From positions 1 to 64,000 of IMG/VR virus record IMGVR_UViG_2778261164_000001: 64,000 nucleotides of DNA; one strand, 5' to 3'. Every line of letters starts with the position of its first letter. Positions within the stretch are counted from its first letter, which is position 1. The notes below the pieces were generated by a model. That model ran no database searches. It was not told where the DNA came from and saw nothing but the letters and a program-made list of their open reading frames with translations. Shown here one piece after another: positions 52,684 through 62,400 of the stretch. This stretch comes from a virus (Duplodnaviria > Heunggongvirae > Uroviricota > Caudoviricetes). The position numbers and the translations under genes are program-made.

Positions 52684-53535
52684 CTATTGCGCGCTTTCGG
52701 GGTTGTCGTTTACTGGCTGCCCTTTCTTAGTTTTACGGCTGCGCGTAACTGATGCGGCTGATTTGACCTTTTTCTCTTCGCGAGTGATGGCAATTTGTTT
52801 TTTTACATTTTCAATATCTGCCAGGCGATATATTTTTGCCTGCGGCCAGCGGTCGCAGATGATCGGTTCTATAGAGTCATAAAGGCTAAATTTTGCTTTC
52901 TCGAATTCACCGTTGATGATAATTCCATCACGGAGAGTTTCATCGCAGATAAACACACCACATAGCGGCACATGGTAACTAACTGATTTACCATCATTGT
53001 AGTTAGGGCTACTAGAAATGTAATGGACGCGCAGCATTGTTTCGCTAAAGCCGTGTACGCGCATACGGAATTTTTCATCCTCCGGGTACTGCTTCATTAG
53101 CTCTTTTGTTGCTTCCAGGTTCTCTATGTATTTCGCACTGTGCTCATTGATCCCTGCGCTTTTCTGGATGCGAATGTCCTTATCAATCAGATGAATAATG
53201 CGGCCAGCGGTCATGTTGACGCTGTTCACAGCTTCTGTCTGATAAGTCGTAACCTTACGCACACCGCGAAGGATGTTAGGCACTGGATATAAAATAGTCT
53301 TTGGGATATTGAGGTCTGGGTACTGTTCCAGTTCCCGCGCCATTAAAGTCCATTTATCAATTTCAGCCTGAATGCTGTCAGTTTCTTTGAACGGCAGAAC
53401 GACAACCGGGCGTACAGGACGACCGTCGCTGGCGGCATCAACGTGTTGGGCGCGTGCAACAGCTTTTTTTAGAAAGAGATCCCTGAAGCTGACGAACTCC
53501 TGGTACAGTTGTTCGCCGTAGACATAATTTATCAT
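52684..53535 (-). CDS. c1: C1 repressor of lysis
   Basis: 283 aa from MINYVYGEQLYQEF (ATG 53535, GGAGGAGG RBS); matches P1 C1. Confidence 0.93.
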   Translation of the reverse strand: MINYVYGEQLYQEFVSFRDLFLKKAVARAQHVDAASDGRPVRPVVVLPFKETDSIQAEIDKWTLMARELEQYPDLNIPKTILYPVPNILRGVRKVTTYQTEAVNSVNMTAGRIIHLIDKDIRIQKSAGINEHSAKYIENLEATKELMKQYPEDEKFRMRVHGFSETMLRVHYISSSPNYNDGKSVSYHVPLCGVFICDETLRDGIIINGEFEKAKFSLYDSIEPIICDRWPQAKIYRLADIENVKKQIAITREEKKVKSAASVTRSRKTKKGQPVNDNPESAQ

Positions 53536-53628
53536 TGATCCTCCTCCAGAATTGACATGGCCAACAACTAACAGCGGATTACACTGGGAGTTGTTGGCCA
53601 CCATTATAGAAGGATCCAACGAAAATAA

Positions 53629-53645
53629 TAGATTTATTAGTGCAT
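53629..53645 (-). promoter_or_regulatory. C1 operator-like 17-mer (ATGCACTAATAAATCTA) between coi and c1
   Basis: Core CTAATAAAT conserved, abuts coi stop. Confidence 0.45.
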
Positions 53646-53855
53646 TTATTGTGAGTCTGGCTGGTTAGTGGCCATGAGATATTCGATTGTGTCAGTGAGA
53701 TCATCCAGGTCGTCTTGAGTGATGCGGTACTCCTGATTGGATATCTTTGAGTAGTGTTCAGCAATGGCGCGGGCAGCGTCGGTTTCGGCGGGGTCTACAG
53801 ATAAAGCGTTAGAGCAATGTCTAACGTCGTCGATGGTTGGTGGAATGAAAGCCAT
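53646..53855 (-). CDS. coi: Coi, C1 inactivator
   Basis: 69 aa immediately upstream of c1. Confidence 0.85.
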   Translation of the reverse strand: MAFIPPTIDDVRHCSNALSVDPAETDAARAIAEHYSKISNQEYRITQDDLDDLTDTIEYLMATNQPDSQ

Positions 53856-54093
53856 AATTATGCCTCACTGTATTGACAACACAGAGCCTGAAGCTCTGAC
53901 CTACTGTTTCACCCATGTTCCATGCTGGGGTAATCTAACAACATTGCGCTGTGTGTAAGATGAGCAATGCATAGCTGTAATGCCGTTGTATAAGGTTTCC
54001 CTGTTTGCTCATTTCCTTCTGAGCCGCTCTACAACGCTGAAGACACATTAAATAGTGAATCCAAAGTCGTATTACGAAACGGCGGCAAAACTA

Positions 54094-54110
54094 TAATTTA
54101 TTAGAGCAAT
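54094..54110 (-). promoter_or_regulatory. C1 operator-like 17-mer (ATTGCTCTAATAAATTA), inverted orientation
   Basis: One mismatch to consensus. Confidence 0.5.
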
Positions 54111-54176
54111 TGTCAAACAACTATGAAAAACAATCCAGTTTTTAGCTGGTGGAGTGGGATTTTTCTCTCAAAATTT

Positions 54177-54193
54177 ATTGCTCTAATAATTCT
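54177..54193 (+). promoter_or_regulatory. C1 operator-like 17-mer (ATTGCTCTAATAATTCT) upstream of loxP
   Basis: Conserved ATTGCTCTAATAA. Confidence 0.5.
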
Positions 54194-54236
54194 TGATTTT
54201 TGTGCGCAGCTGGACGTAAACTCCTCTTCGGACCTG

Positions 54237-54270
54237 ATAACTTCGTATAGCATACATTATACGAAGTTAT
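54237..54270. other. loxP: loxP site-specific recombination site
   Basis: Exact ATAACTTCGTATA-GCATACAT-TATACGAAGTTAT (13-bp inverted repeats, 8-bp spacer). Confidence 0.98.
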
Positions 54271-54459
54271 CTTAAGGGTTATTGAACATGATCAATTTAC
54301 CTGTAAATCCATACAGTTCAATACCTTATCAGGTCAAATAGTGATCACTTGATCATTTGATCAAGGTTGTGCTACGTAAAATCTGCGAAATGTTGGCAGT
54401 GTTAGTGCTCCAGATTTCGCGTAGCGCACTTAGCACCACCAATCAATCAGAGGTGAAAA

Positions 54460-54681
54460 ATGGGATATTCAGCTGCTAAAGTGTCCACTCATATTGAGCT
54501 TGAGAAAAACCGTGGTTACTGGCGGGCAAAAGGGTTTGATCGTGATAGTTGTCAACTGTCATTATCGCGCGGTGAAGAGAAAATAGAACGCACGCGCGGT
54601 CGCTGGCGTTTCTATGACGAGAACCATAAACAGGTAAAGGCAGAGCCGATCCTGTACACTTTACTTAAAACCATTATCTGA
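54460..54681 (+). CDS. small hypothetical protein between loxP and cre
   Basis: 73-aa ORF with strong GAGGTG RBS; ends 8 nt before cre start. Confidence 0.4.
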   Translation: MGYSAAKVSTHIELEKNRGYWRAKGFDRDSCQLSLSRGEEKIERTRGRWRFYDENHKQVKAEPILYTLLKTII

Positions 54682-54688
54682 GTGTTAA

Positions 54689-55720
54689 ATGTCCAATTTA
54701 CTGACCGTACACCAAAATTTGCCTGCATTACCGGTCGATGCAACGAGTGATGAGGTTCGCAAGAACCTGATGGACATGTTCAGGGATCGCCAGGCGTTTT
54801 CTGAGCATACCTGGAAAATGCTTCTGTCCGTTTGCCGGTCGTGGGCGGCATGGTGCAAGTTGAATAACCGGAAATGGTTTCCCGCAGAACCTGAAGATGT
54901 TCGCGATTATCTTCTATATCTTCAGGCGCGCGGTCTGGCAGTAAAAACTATCCAGCAACATTTGGGCCAGCTAAACATGCTTCATCGTCGGTCCGGGCTG
55001 CCACGACCAAGTGACAGCAACGCTGTTTCACTAGTCATGCGGCGGATCCGAAAAGAAAACGTTGATGCCGGTGAACGTGCAAAACAGGCACTAGCGTTCG
55101 AACGCACTGATTTCGACCAGGTTCGTTCACTCATGGAAAATAGCGATCGCTGCCAGGATATACGTAATCTGGCATTTCTGGGGATTGCTTATAACACCCT
55201 GTTACGTATAGCCGAAATTGCCAGGATCAGGGTTAAAGATATCTCACGTACTGACGGTGGGAGAATGTTAATCCATATTGGCAGAACGAAAACGCTGGTT
55301 AGCACCGCAGGTGTAGAGAAGGCACTTAGCCTGGGGGTAACTAAACTGGTCGAGCGATGGATTTCTGTCTCTGGTGTGGCTGATGATCCGAATAACTACT
55401 TGTTTTGCCGGGTCAGAAAAAATGGTGTTGCCTCGCCATCATCCACCAGCCAGCTATCAACTCGCGCCCTGGAAGGGATTTTTGAAGCAACTCACCGATT
55501 GATTTACGGGGCTAAGGATGACTCTGGTCAGAGGTACCTGGCCTGGTCTGGACACAGTGCCCGTGTCGGAGCCGCGCGAGATATGGCCCGCGCCGGAGTT
55601 TCAATACCGGAGATCATGCAAGCTGGTGGCTGGACCAACGTAAATATTGTCATGAACTATATCCGTAATCTGGATAGTGAAACGGGGGCAATGGTGCGCC
55701 TGCTGGAAGATGGTGATTAG
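54689..55720 (+). CDS. cre: Cre tyrosine recombinase
   Basis: 343 aa beginning MSNLLTVHQNLPALPVDATSDEVRKNLMDMFRDRQAF; matches Cre. Confidence 0.98.
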   Translation: MSNLLTVHQNLPALPVDATSDEVRKNLMDMFRDRQAFSEHTWKMLLSVCRSWAAWCKLNNRKWFPAEPEDVRDYLLYLQARGLAVKTIQQHLGQLNMLHRRSGLPRPSDSNAVSLVMRRIRKENVDAGERAKQALAFERTDFDQVRSLMENSDRCQDIRNLAFLGIAYNTLLRIAEIARIRVKDISRTDGGRMLIHIGRTKTLVSTAGVEKALSLGVTKLVERWISVSGVADDPNNYLFCRVRKNGVASPSSTSQLSTRALEGIFEATHRLIYGAKDDSGQRYLAWSGHSARVGAARDMARAGVSIPEIMQAGGWTNVNIVMNYIRNLDSETGAMVRLLEDGD

Positions 55721-55737
55721 CCGTCAATGTACAATAA

Positions 55738-55754
55738 ATTGCTCTAATTATTTG
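55738..55754 (+). promoter_or_regulatory. C1 operator-like 17-mer (ATTGCTCTAATTATTTG) upstream of cra
   Basis: Conserved ATTGCTCTAAT. Confidence 0.45.
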
Positions 55755-55770
55755 ATATTTATGGTGGCAT

Positions 55771-56082
55771 ATGAGAAAGGATTTCAACATCGACGGAAAA
55801 TATGTAGTGCTGTCTGTAAGCACTAATATTCAGTCGCCAGCCGTCATTGTCACTGTAAAGCTGAGCGATAGAATGCCTGATATTGACTCAATATCCGTTG
55901 CGTTTCCTGTCAAAAGTATGCGTAGTGCTGAACATTTCGTAATGAATGCCACCGAGGAAGAAGCACGGCGCGGTCTTGGTAAAGTGATGTCTGAGTTTGG
56001 CGAATTTCTGGGGCACGTTAACAAAGCCCTCACAATCAGTTCAGCAAGGTCCAAAGCGTTAACAGCTTCCATGATGAAATAA
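55771..56082 (+). CDS. cra: cre-associated small protein
   Basis: 103-aa ORF directly after cre. Confidence 0.5.
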   Translation: MRKDFNIDGKYVVLSVSTNIQSPAVIVTVKLSDRMPDIDSISVAFPVKSMRSAEHFVMNATEEEARRGLGKVMSEFGEFLGHVNKALTISSARSKALTASMMK

Positions 56083-56213
56083 AAAAAGCCTGGCAAGGAG
56101 CCAGGCTGCACAAAAGAGCGGGTTTGTATTCCGCATCCAATCAATCAAGAAGGAGTATAGCACACAGGTACTGAAGTGAAAAAATGTGATTCGCGATAAA
56201 CAAAATATCTACC

Positions 56214-56230
56214 ATTGCTCTAATTGATTG
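56214..56230 (+). promoter_or_regulatory. C1 operator-like 17-mer (ATTGCTCTAATTGATTG) with adjacent TATAAT, upstream of ref
   Basis: Conserved operator half followed by CTATAAT. Confidence 0.5.
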
Positions 56231-56298
56231 CTATAATTGAGCCGCAGTTTTTGTCAACTACGAAGACGTTGCCATTACTTCACTCCTTGACATCATTG

Positions 56299-56324
56299 GC
56301 GGCCATTAGGCCGCCTTTTTTTTG
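56299..56324 (+). terminator. terminator-like hairpin (GGCGGCC-atta-GGCCGCC plus T8) directly upstream of ref start
   Basis: Perfect GC hairpin and T-run ending 6 nt before ref ATG. Confidence 0.5.
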
Positions 56325-56329
56325 ACCAT

Positions 56330-56890
56330 ATGAAAACAATCGAACAAAAAATTGAACAGTGCCGCAAGTGGCAGAAGGCAGCCAGAGAACGAGCGATCGC
56401 TCGGCAACGGGAGAAGTTGGCTGATCCGGTCTGGCGAGAATCTCAATATCAGAAAATGCGGGATACTATCGACCGCCGTATCGCTAAACAGAAAGAACGC
56501 CCACCAGCCAGCAAAACGCGGAAAAGCGCGGTAAAAATAAAATCTCGTGGCTTGAAGGGGAGAACACCAACGGCGGAGGAACGGCGCATCGCCAATGCTC
56601 TTGGCGCTCTCCCCTGCATTGCCTGCTATATGCATGGAGTAATATCTAATGAGGTGTCTCTGCACCATATCGCCGGTCGTACCGCGCCGGGTTGTCATAA
56701 AAAGCAATTGCCACTTTGTAGATGGCACCACCAGCATGCAGCACCGGCTGAAGTAAGAGCAAAATACCCCTGGCTGGTCCCTGTTCATGCCGATGGTGTG
56801 GTTGGAGGCAAGAAAGAATTCACCCTGCTGAACAAGTCAGAGATGGAGTTACTGGCTGACGCCTATGAGATGGCAAACATCATGCACTAA
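56330..56890 (+). CDS. ref: Ref recombination-enhancement HNH endonuclease
   Basis: 186 aa; HNH-like motif HHIAGRTAPGCHKKQLPLCRWHH. Confidence 0.9.
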   Translation: MKTIEQKIEQCRKWQKAARERAIARQREKLADPVWRESQYQKMRDTIDRRIAKQKERPPASKTRKSAVKIKSRGLKGRTPTAEERRIANALGALPCIACYMHGVISNEVSLHHIAGRTAPGCHKKQLPLCRWHHQHAAPAEVRAKYPWLVPVHADGVVGGKKEFTLLNKSEMELLADAYEMANIMH

Positions 56891-57079
56891 TAAATATATT
56901 ATTTTTAATGATAAATGATTGACAACTGACAAGTGACTTCAGTCAGAATCATCACACGCCCGGTACGGATGGATCCCTTTTCAAATATTCCATGGACGGC
57001 ACAGTCTGAGTACCGGGCGCTACCTTCAGTTGTATTGCTAAGCCGCCGCTGGTGGCTTTTCTTTTTTGTAGGGGGCGCT

Positions 57080-57721
57080 ATGGATAAGAAAATATGCGTT
57101 GTTTCGATGAGCGTCGGCAAACCGGCGTCAATGACTGCTGCATGGATCAATAACGAGCTGATAATGGCTGAGCGGACCAGCTACCCTGAACGCCGCCGCG
57201 ACATGGAACTCCAGCTGCTGCGCGAATTGCGAGAAAAAGAGGAAAAGGGTTTTATCGTGCTGGTGGAAGAGGAAAACAGCTTTATTACTGGTCGAGTTGG
57301 CCAGCGTGTAAGGTTGCGCGATCCCTTCATGAACGGCAGGCCGGTACTAATTGAGGCAATGCAGATTTATAAGGAGCTAGAACGCCAGAAAGCAATCAAG
57401 TTACCGCGCAAGGAATCCGGCAAATACATCCTCCACCAAAGCATCTTCGATTCCGAACACGATAAAAAAGGCGATGAATTTTTCAACATCAACTGGAGCG
57501 AAATAACGACAGAGCATGTTCTGACGTTACTATGTTGCTTTGCGACGGAATACAACAACGTTGCCAGCGCCGACTACATCAGGGCAATGGTTGGAGAAAT
57601 TGATGCCCGCCAAGAACCGTCGTTACTAAGCTCCCTTGTGAATATAATTCAAGCTACTCATGAAATGACCGCACGGAAAGTGCCTCAAGGTTCATTAACC
57701 GGCAGAGATAATTATCTTTAA
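57080..57721 (+). CDS. mat: particle maturation protein Mat (tentative)
   Basis: ATG at 57080 with AGGGGG RBS (213 aa); ORF-track start 56933 lacks an RBS; synteny after ref. Confidence 0.55.
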   Translation: MDKKICVVSMSVGKPASMTAAWINNELIMAERTSYPERRRDMELQLLRELREKEEKGFIVLVEEENSFITGRVGQRVRLRDPFMNGRPVLIEAMQIYKELERQKAIKLPRKESGKYILHQSIFDSEHDKKGDEFFNINWSEITTEHVLTLLCCFATEYNNVASADYIRAMVGEIDARQEPSLLSSLVNIIQATHEMTARKVPQGSLTGRDNYL

Positions 57722-57763
57722 ACTTCTTGGGCGCTAACTATGCGCCCACGCCCATTACATTAA

Positions 57764-58714
57764 TTAATCAATAAATACACGGAATGGCTCAAGCATCCCT
57801 TCAGGATCTTTATCCTCGTCACCAAGTGATATTAGTCTTCTGGCGAGTAGTTTTACGTCATCATCATCTTTAATGAAGCCAACCTGATCATTATTAAAAT
57901 AGATATCGATTATTTTTAGGATTTGCTCTTGTGTAAAATGATTGAATTTTAATAACTTTGCTACAACTCGATGTGTTGTGGCAAAACTGCCTGAGCGGCG
58001 TAATTCATCTATAGTGAAATTAACTTCCATTTCCGCTAAGTTACTGGCTTGAGGAAAGTGCTCACCTATAAACTCTGATAAGCGGGCATAGATATGTGGT
58101 TCTGAATCTTTCTTCTTTTTCCACTCGTACTTCAAATACTCATTCATATCATCCTTTATAAAGGCACTTTTATAATCACCATCTTCAGTTATAATGTATA
58201 TATCCTCTCCGTTTGGTATCGCCTTTAGCAAACACTCCCAATTGACTGCATCACCATATGATTTATTTTTACCCGGAGGGTTGCCAAGATCGAATCGGCG
58301 TTTCCCTTTTTCTATTGTTTCATCATCAGCCTCTATCTTAGACGCTGCATCAAAAATCCTTTTAATTACAACATCGGCAGCTAAAGACTCTTCTTTAAAT
58401 AAGTTCTGTATATCGGTAATAATTTCATTCTTTAGCCGACTAGCTTCTATAACCTTATCATTAAATAGTGAATGTTTTTCATGCTGCCTGAAAATCTGTG
58501 GTAGCGCGGGCTTGTAGTCTTTTGCAATTTCCTTTATGGTTTCAGAGAGAACTTTAGAACGATTTCTCCAGAACTCATTCACTAAAAGTTCTGGCAACCA
58601 AAGTTTTAAACGACCATATTGATGTAAGGCAAATACTTTATCTAGCTCATCTAGTTTATCCTTACCCATTCGATAAAATTCCAAATATAGATTTGTATCA
58701 ATAAAAACATTCAT
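57764..58714 (-). CDS. PIN-like nuclease domain protein (316 aa), candidate defence or exclusion gene
   Basis: N-terminus MNVFIDTNLYLEFY carries the PIN hhhDTN motif; further acidic positions (ITEDGD, GDAVNW); AT-rich, Lys-rich; AGGA RBS; occupies the slot between mat and lxc. Confidence 0.65.
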   Translation of the reverse strand: MNVFIDTNLYLEFYRMGKDKLDELDKVFALHQYGRLKLWLPELLVNEFWRNRSKVLSETIKEIAKDYKPALPQIFRQHEKHSLFNDKVIEASRLKNEIITDIQNLFKEESLAADVVIKRIFDAASKIEADDETIEKGKRRFDLGNPPGKNKSYGDAVNWECLLKAIPNGEDIYIITEDGDYKSAFIKDDMNEYLKYEWKKKKDSEPHIYARLSEFIGEHFPQASNLAEMEVNFTIDELRRSGSFATTHRVVAKLLKFNHFTQEQILKIIDIYFNNDQVGFIKDDDDVKLLARRLISLGDEDKDPEGMLEPFRVFID

Positions 58715-58775
58715 ATCACATCCTAATTATAAGTAATTTAGGCCACTCTAAAAAATAAAGTGGCCTAATAAGAAA

Positions 58776-59024
58776 TCAATCAGCATTCAGAAGCAATGCG
58801 TTATCTATGATGATCTGCTCCCATTCTTCGAATGCCCGATCGCGGACACCTTGGGGAACACTGTTAGTTTTGAAATCGACGACCGTCCGCCATTTCCCGT
58901 CCGGGCGGTACATGCGCAGAGCTTTACTTCCCCCTTCCCTGCGCACCTCAACGTTATGCTTGTCAGCAAACTCTTGTAATGCTCGTAGCGTCCCATGCTT
59001 TACTGTGTAGTATCGCTTTTTCAA
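58776..59024 (-). CDS. lxc: Lxc/Bof, C1 co-repressor
   Basis: 82 aa, the size of P1 Bof; lies downstream of ulx and darB-like gene. Confidence 0.7.
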   Translation of the reverse strand: MKKRYYTVKHGTLRALQEFADKHNVEVRREGGSKALRMYRPDGKWRTVVDFKTNSVPQGVRDRAFEEWEQIIIDNALLLNAD

Positions 59025-59461
59025 GTTTTCTCTCCAGCCTGTGCCAAGGCTTCAACTTCCAAATCGTAAGACTCAAACTCATAGTCCTGGTCGTCAACTT
59101 CTTCAGGCACTGGCAGTAAATGCCAGGCTGAGTATATCTGACCATTATCAAAACGCTCCTGGCTGTAGAGCGTCGCGGCTATGAGTGTTAGCGCCGGGCG
59201 GTCATAACGGTAAATTTTGCGAACGTCACGGTCAACGAGACGACCGAAATTACCATAACCGCGCTCCAGTAATAATTTTTTAATTTCCGGCCAGTATGGA
59301 CCATAGCTGCGGTACAGGCGGGGATTTTTCAGTAATCGCCCGCGTAGCCCTGACAGGAAGAAATCAACGTATTCGTCTTCTGTCTTTCCTAACAACGCCG
59401 TACGCAGTACCGCCTCAAGATATGTTTTATTCGGTTTTATTGTATCAGATAGTGTGGCCAT
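59021..59461 (-). CDS. ulx: small protein upstream of lxc
   Basis: 146-aa ORF overlapping lxc start. Confidence 0.5.
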   Translation of the reverse strand: MATLSDTIKPNKTYLEAVLRTALLGKTEDEYVDFFLSGLRGRLLKNPRLYRSYGPYWPEIKKLLLERGYGNFGRLVDRDVRKIYRYDRPALTLIAATLYSQERFDNGQIYSAWHLLPVPEEVDDQDYEFESYDLEVEALAQAGEKT

Positions 59462-59494
59462 ATTATGCGACGCCCGGCGAACCGGGCGCTCCTG

Positions 59495-62400
59495 TTATGC
59501 GTATTGTTGGATGACGGCCAGAACGTCCGCCACGTTGTGTTTTGTCTCGATAATCCACCAGTTACCCGGGAAATCGCTGTTCTTTGCCTTCGCTGGCAGC
59601 CAGCGAGCGCCGAATTTCGCCTTGATTGCGTCTTTCGCACGGAAAAGAATGCCTTTCATGCCGGACGCCTCCTGAAGCCCAAATACCTCGCCAGCGGCGA
59701 ATTTTGGTGCGTACATCATCTTCAGGTCGGCGGTGGATACGCGATAATTCAGACCAAGAGACTGAGCTATGCTGGTGGCATCACCCTGTATTGATGATAA
59801 CTCTTCTTGTTTCTCGTTTCTGGCGGCAATTTCTTCCTCCGAGATGTTGCCAAGGGCCAGGTTTATCCGATCAGCGTCTGCCTGTTTCTCTTCATCGGTG
59901 CGCCCGGAAAGTACCGTGTTAATTCTGTGCAATATCTCCACATGATTCTTGCGCATGCTGAGTAATTCCGGCGTAACCTCGTTAAGGTCCACCAGCCCAA
60001 GGATGGCAAGGTCAGTAAACATTGATACCAGGTTGTAGGTCATGCGATAGCTGAGTTGGCCATAGGCTGATGGCAACTGCACCGCATCCATTTTATAGGC
60101 ATCCATAAATTTAGAGCCGTCGTTTACGACATCCGCAATTGCCGGTGTGATTTTTCCTGTGGTGGCGGCCTCCCTGATTGCTGTTACCCACGATTGAGTC
60201 AGCACGGCGACTGCATGATTCAGATTGGCTTTCCGTTCTGCTGCAATGCGCGCACTTGCTGCGTCCATTGCCTGCTTGATCTCGTCTTTATTACTGTAAA
60301 TGCCAATGGTGCCAAACTGTGCTGTGGTGATCTCATAATCTGACGCCCGGAACTCATTGGTACCGAAAATGGCATTGGTGACTTCAAGTTCAGAATCCCC
60401 GTTACGAGTAGCCCCCTGGCTTGTTTTTTCCGGCATTCTGGCGATCGCATCCGCTATTTTCTCCTGAATTGCTTCAGGGGATAGCGTATCTCCGTATGAC
60501 GCGATTACATCGCCATAATTGGAGCCAAACAGTTCAACCAGGAATGTTTCTGCCGAACGGATCTGGCGGTTATTCCCTTCCGACATCATACTAAGCACCC
60601 ATTTTGCAATTGACGACTTCAGCGCGCCGTCACGGCGATCCGGGTAAACCGCATGCTTCAGTGGGTCCGTATAGGTACCAACAAAATCAATGCTATAGCC
60701 TGACTCTGTAGTCTGAACGCCGTATGAGTCAGTGATTTTGATCATGCCGCGCTGCTGGAAACGGTAGAAATCGTCACAGGAAATGATGTCGTTAATCCCG
60801 GCGATGGAGACGCCGCCACTGATTTTCTGCATAACAGCATCTTCATCGGGAGTTACATCAACCTGTTTATCCAGCGTCTTCACATCCCAGTTACCCGATT
60901 TGGTGCCTTTGAAGGTAAAGATGATCTCCACGTCTGCGCGCTGGCTGTCGAAGTCCAGCGACTTAATGCGAACGATATCACCGGCACAATCGTAGTATTG
61001 GCCTACACGCCATGAGCGATCGCCGATAACAAGGAACTCACTCGCATGATTAACCAGGTCAGGATCAACATCCAGAATGCCTTTATTTATTGCATCCTCC
61101 ACCAGCGGGCGCAGGCGTTTGATATCCGTCGCGGCCTTCTGAGTACGGTTCAATAATTTCTCATAGCGGGAGATGGCTTGAGAGATATTAGCCTTGCGCT
61201 GAATGGCACTTTTCAACGACGCGCGATACTGTGCTAACAACGTACGGTCTGTGTGATGGACGCTACCCCAGCGGGCTTTCCAGTCTGCGTTATCAGCTGC
61301 TTTGGCCTTTACCGCCTGTTTGAATTTAGCTACCTCGGCGGTGGTCTTTTCAAGTTCCGCTTTGCTTCGCTCTAATTCAGCGGTAAGTACCTCCACATCC
61401 TCGCCAGCTGCGTGCTGCGCCTTGATGTAGTTCTGAAGGTCGATAGTAGCCTGTTCTTTCTGGCGAGCGCGTTGCGCGGCTTTCGCCTTATCCATTTGAA
61501 CCTGCATCATTGCCAGACGTTCGCCATCATCCTTAGCGGTATACATCTGCATTTCGATCATATCGTTGGCGTCGGCGTTCTCCATTTCTGACTTATCTGA
61601 ACGGAGGATATCGGAGATCCAGCCTGCTTTACGCTTCAGCGTCTTCAGTCGGTATTCATCGAAAGAACCCTTGCCGCAGTAGTAGTGAACGCGAACGCTT
61701 GCACGGTTGGAGCCAACTCGGGCACCGCGACCGTTACGTTGTGCGATACTGGCTGGAGTCCACGGCAACGTCAGATGATGGATGTCAGTCGTTCCTCGAT
61801 GCAGGTTGATACCCACCTCTGCCTTTTTGTTGCAGATGATGATCGGAGTCCGGCCCTCCTGGAAGTCTGCTGCAATCTTTTCCAGACCGCCCAACGACAT
61901 TTCATTTTGCTGCGCGATATAGGCGTCATACAGAGCCATTTGCTCGTTGTATTTCGCTATCTGTGCATCTGTTGGTTCATCCGGTAACTCTTTCGGCGGT
62001 TTAACCGCTTTCAGTTTCTTACCGGTTTTACCTGCCTCGGCAACCGTCTGAGCATTCAGGATCCCCACCTTTGAAGGTTCAAGGTTAAGAGCATTGCAGA
62101 TAATGCGCTTGAGCTTCTGGTGCTGCGTTTTTTCGTCCGTGAAGATGATTTGCTTACCTTCCGGGAAAAACTCCTTCAGCGTGGCGATCAGCTTCGCGTA
62201 TTTGGGTGTAACGGGGTGAGTTACGGTCTGTTCGTCAATGCCAAAATTGGCCAGGCGCTTATTCACTTCCTGCTCGAACGCTTCCGGAACCTGCAACTGA
62301 ATAAACTCGCCCTTATCTATCAGGGAGTATTGCGATTGCTGCGTGATAGAATCATCACTGTCGTCGTCTTCGCTGGTGGCTTGTTTAGGCAAACTGTCCG

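Noticed and set aside
56085-56110. Hairpin after cra considered as a terminator
   Set aside because: GC stem present but preceded by an A-run and not followed by a T-run on the plus strand, so not an intrinsic terminator for cra.
58726-58731. TATAAT hexamer just upstream of the PIN-like gene considered as its -10 element
   Set aside because: It ends about 11 nt from the start codon, upstream of the RBS, so a transcript from it would lack the RBS; the promoter is left unassigned.
57722-58775. Searched for res-mod (type III restriction-modification) genes and an IS1 copy between mat and lxc, as in P1
   Set aside because: No methyltransferase, restriction helicase or transposase-like ORF and no IS-like terminal inverted repeats; only the PIN-like gene is present.
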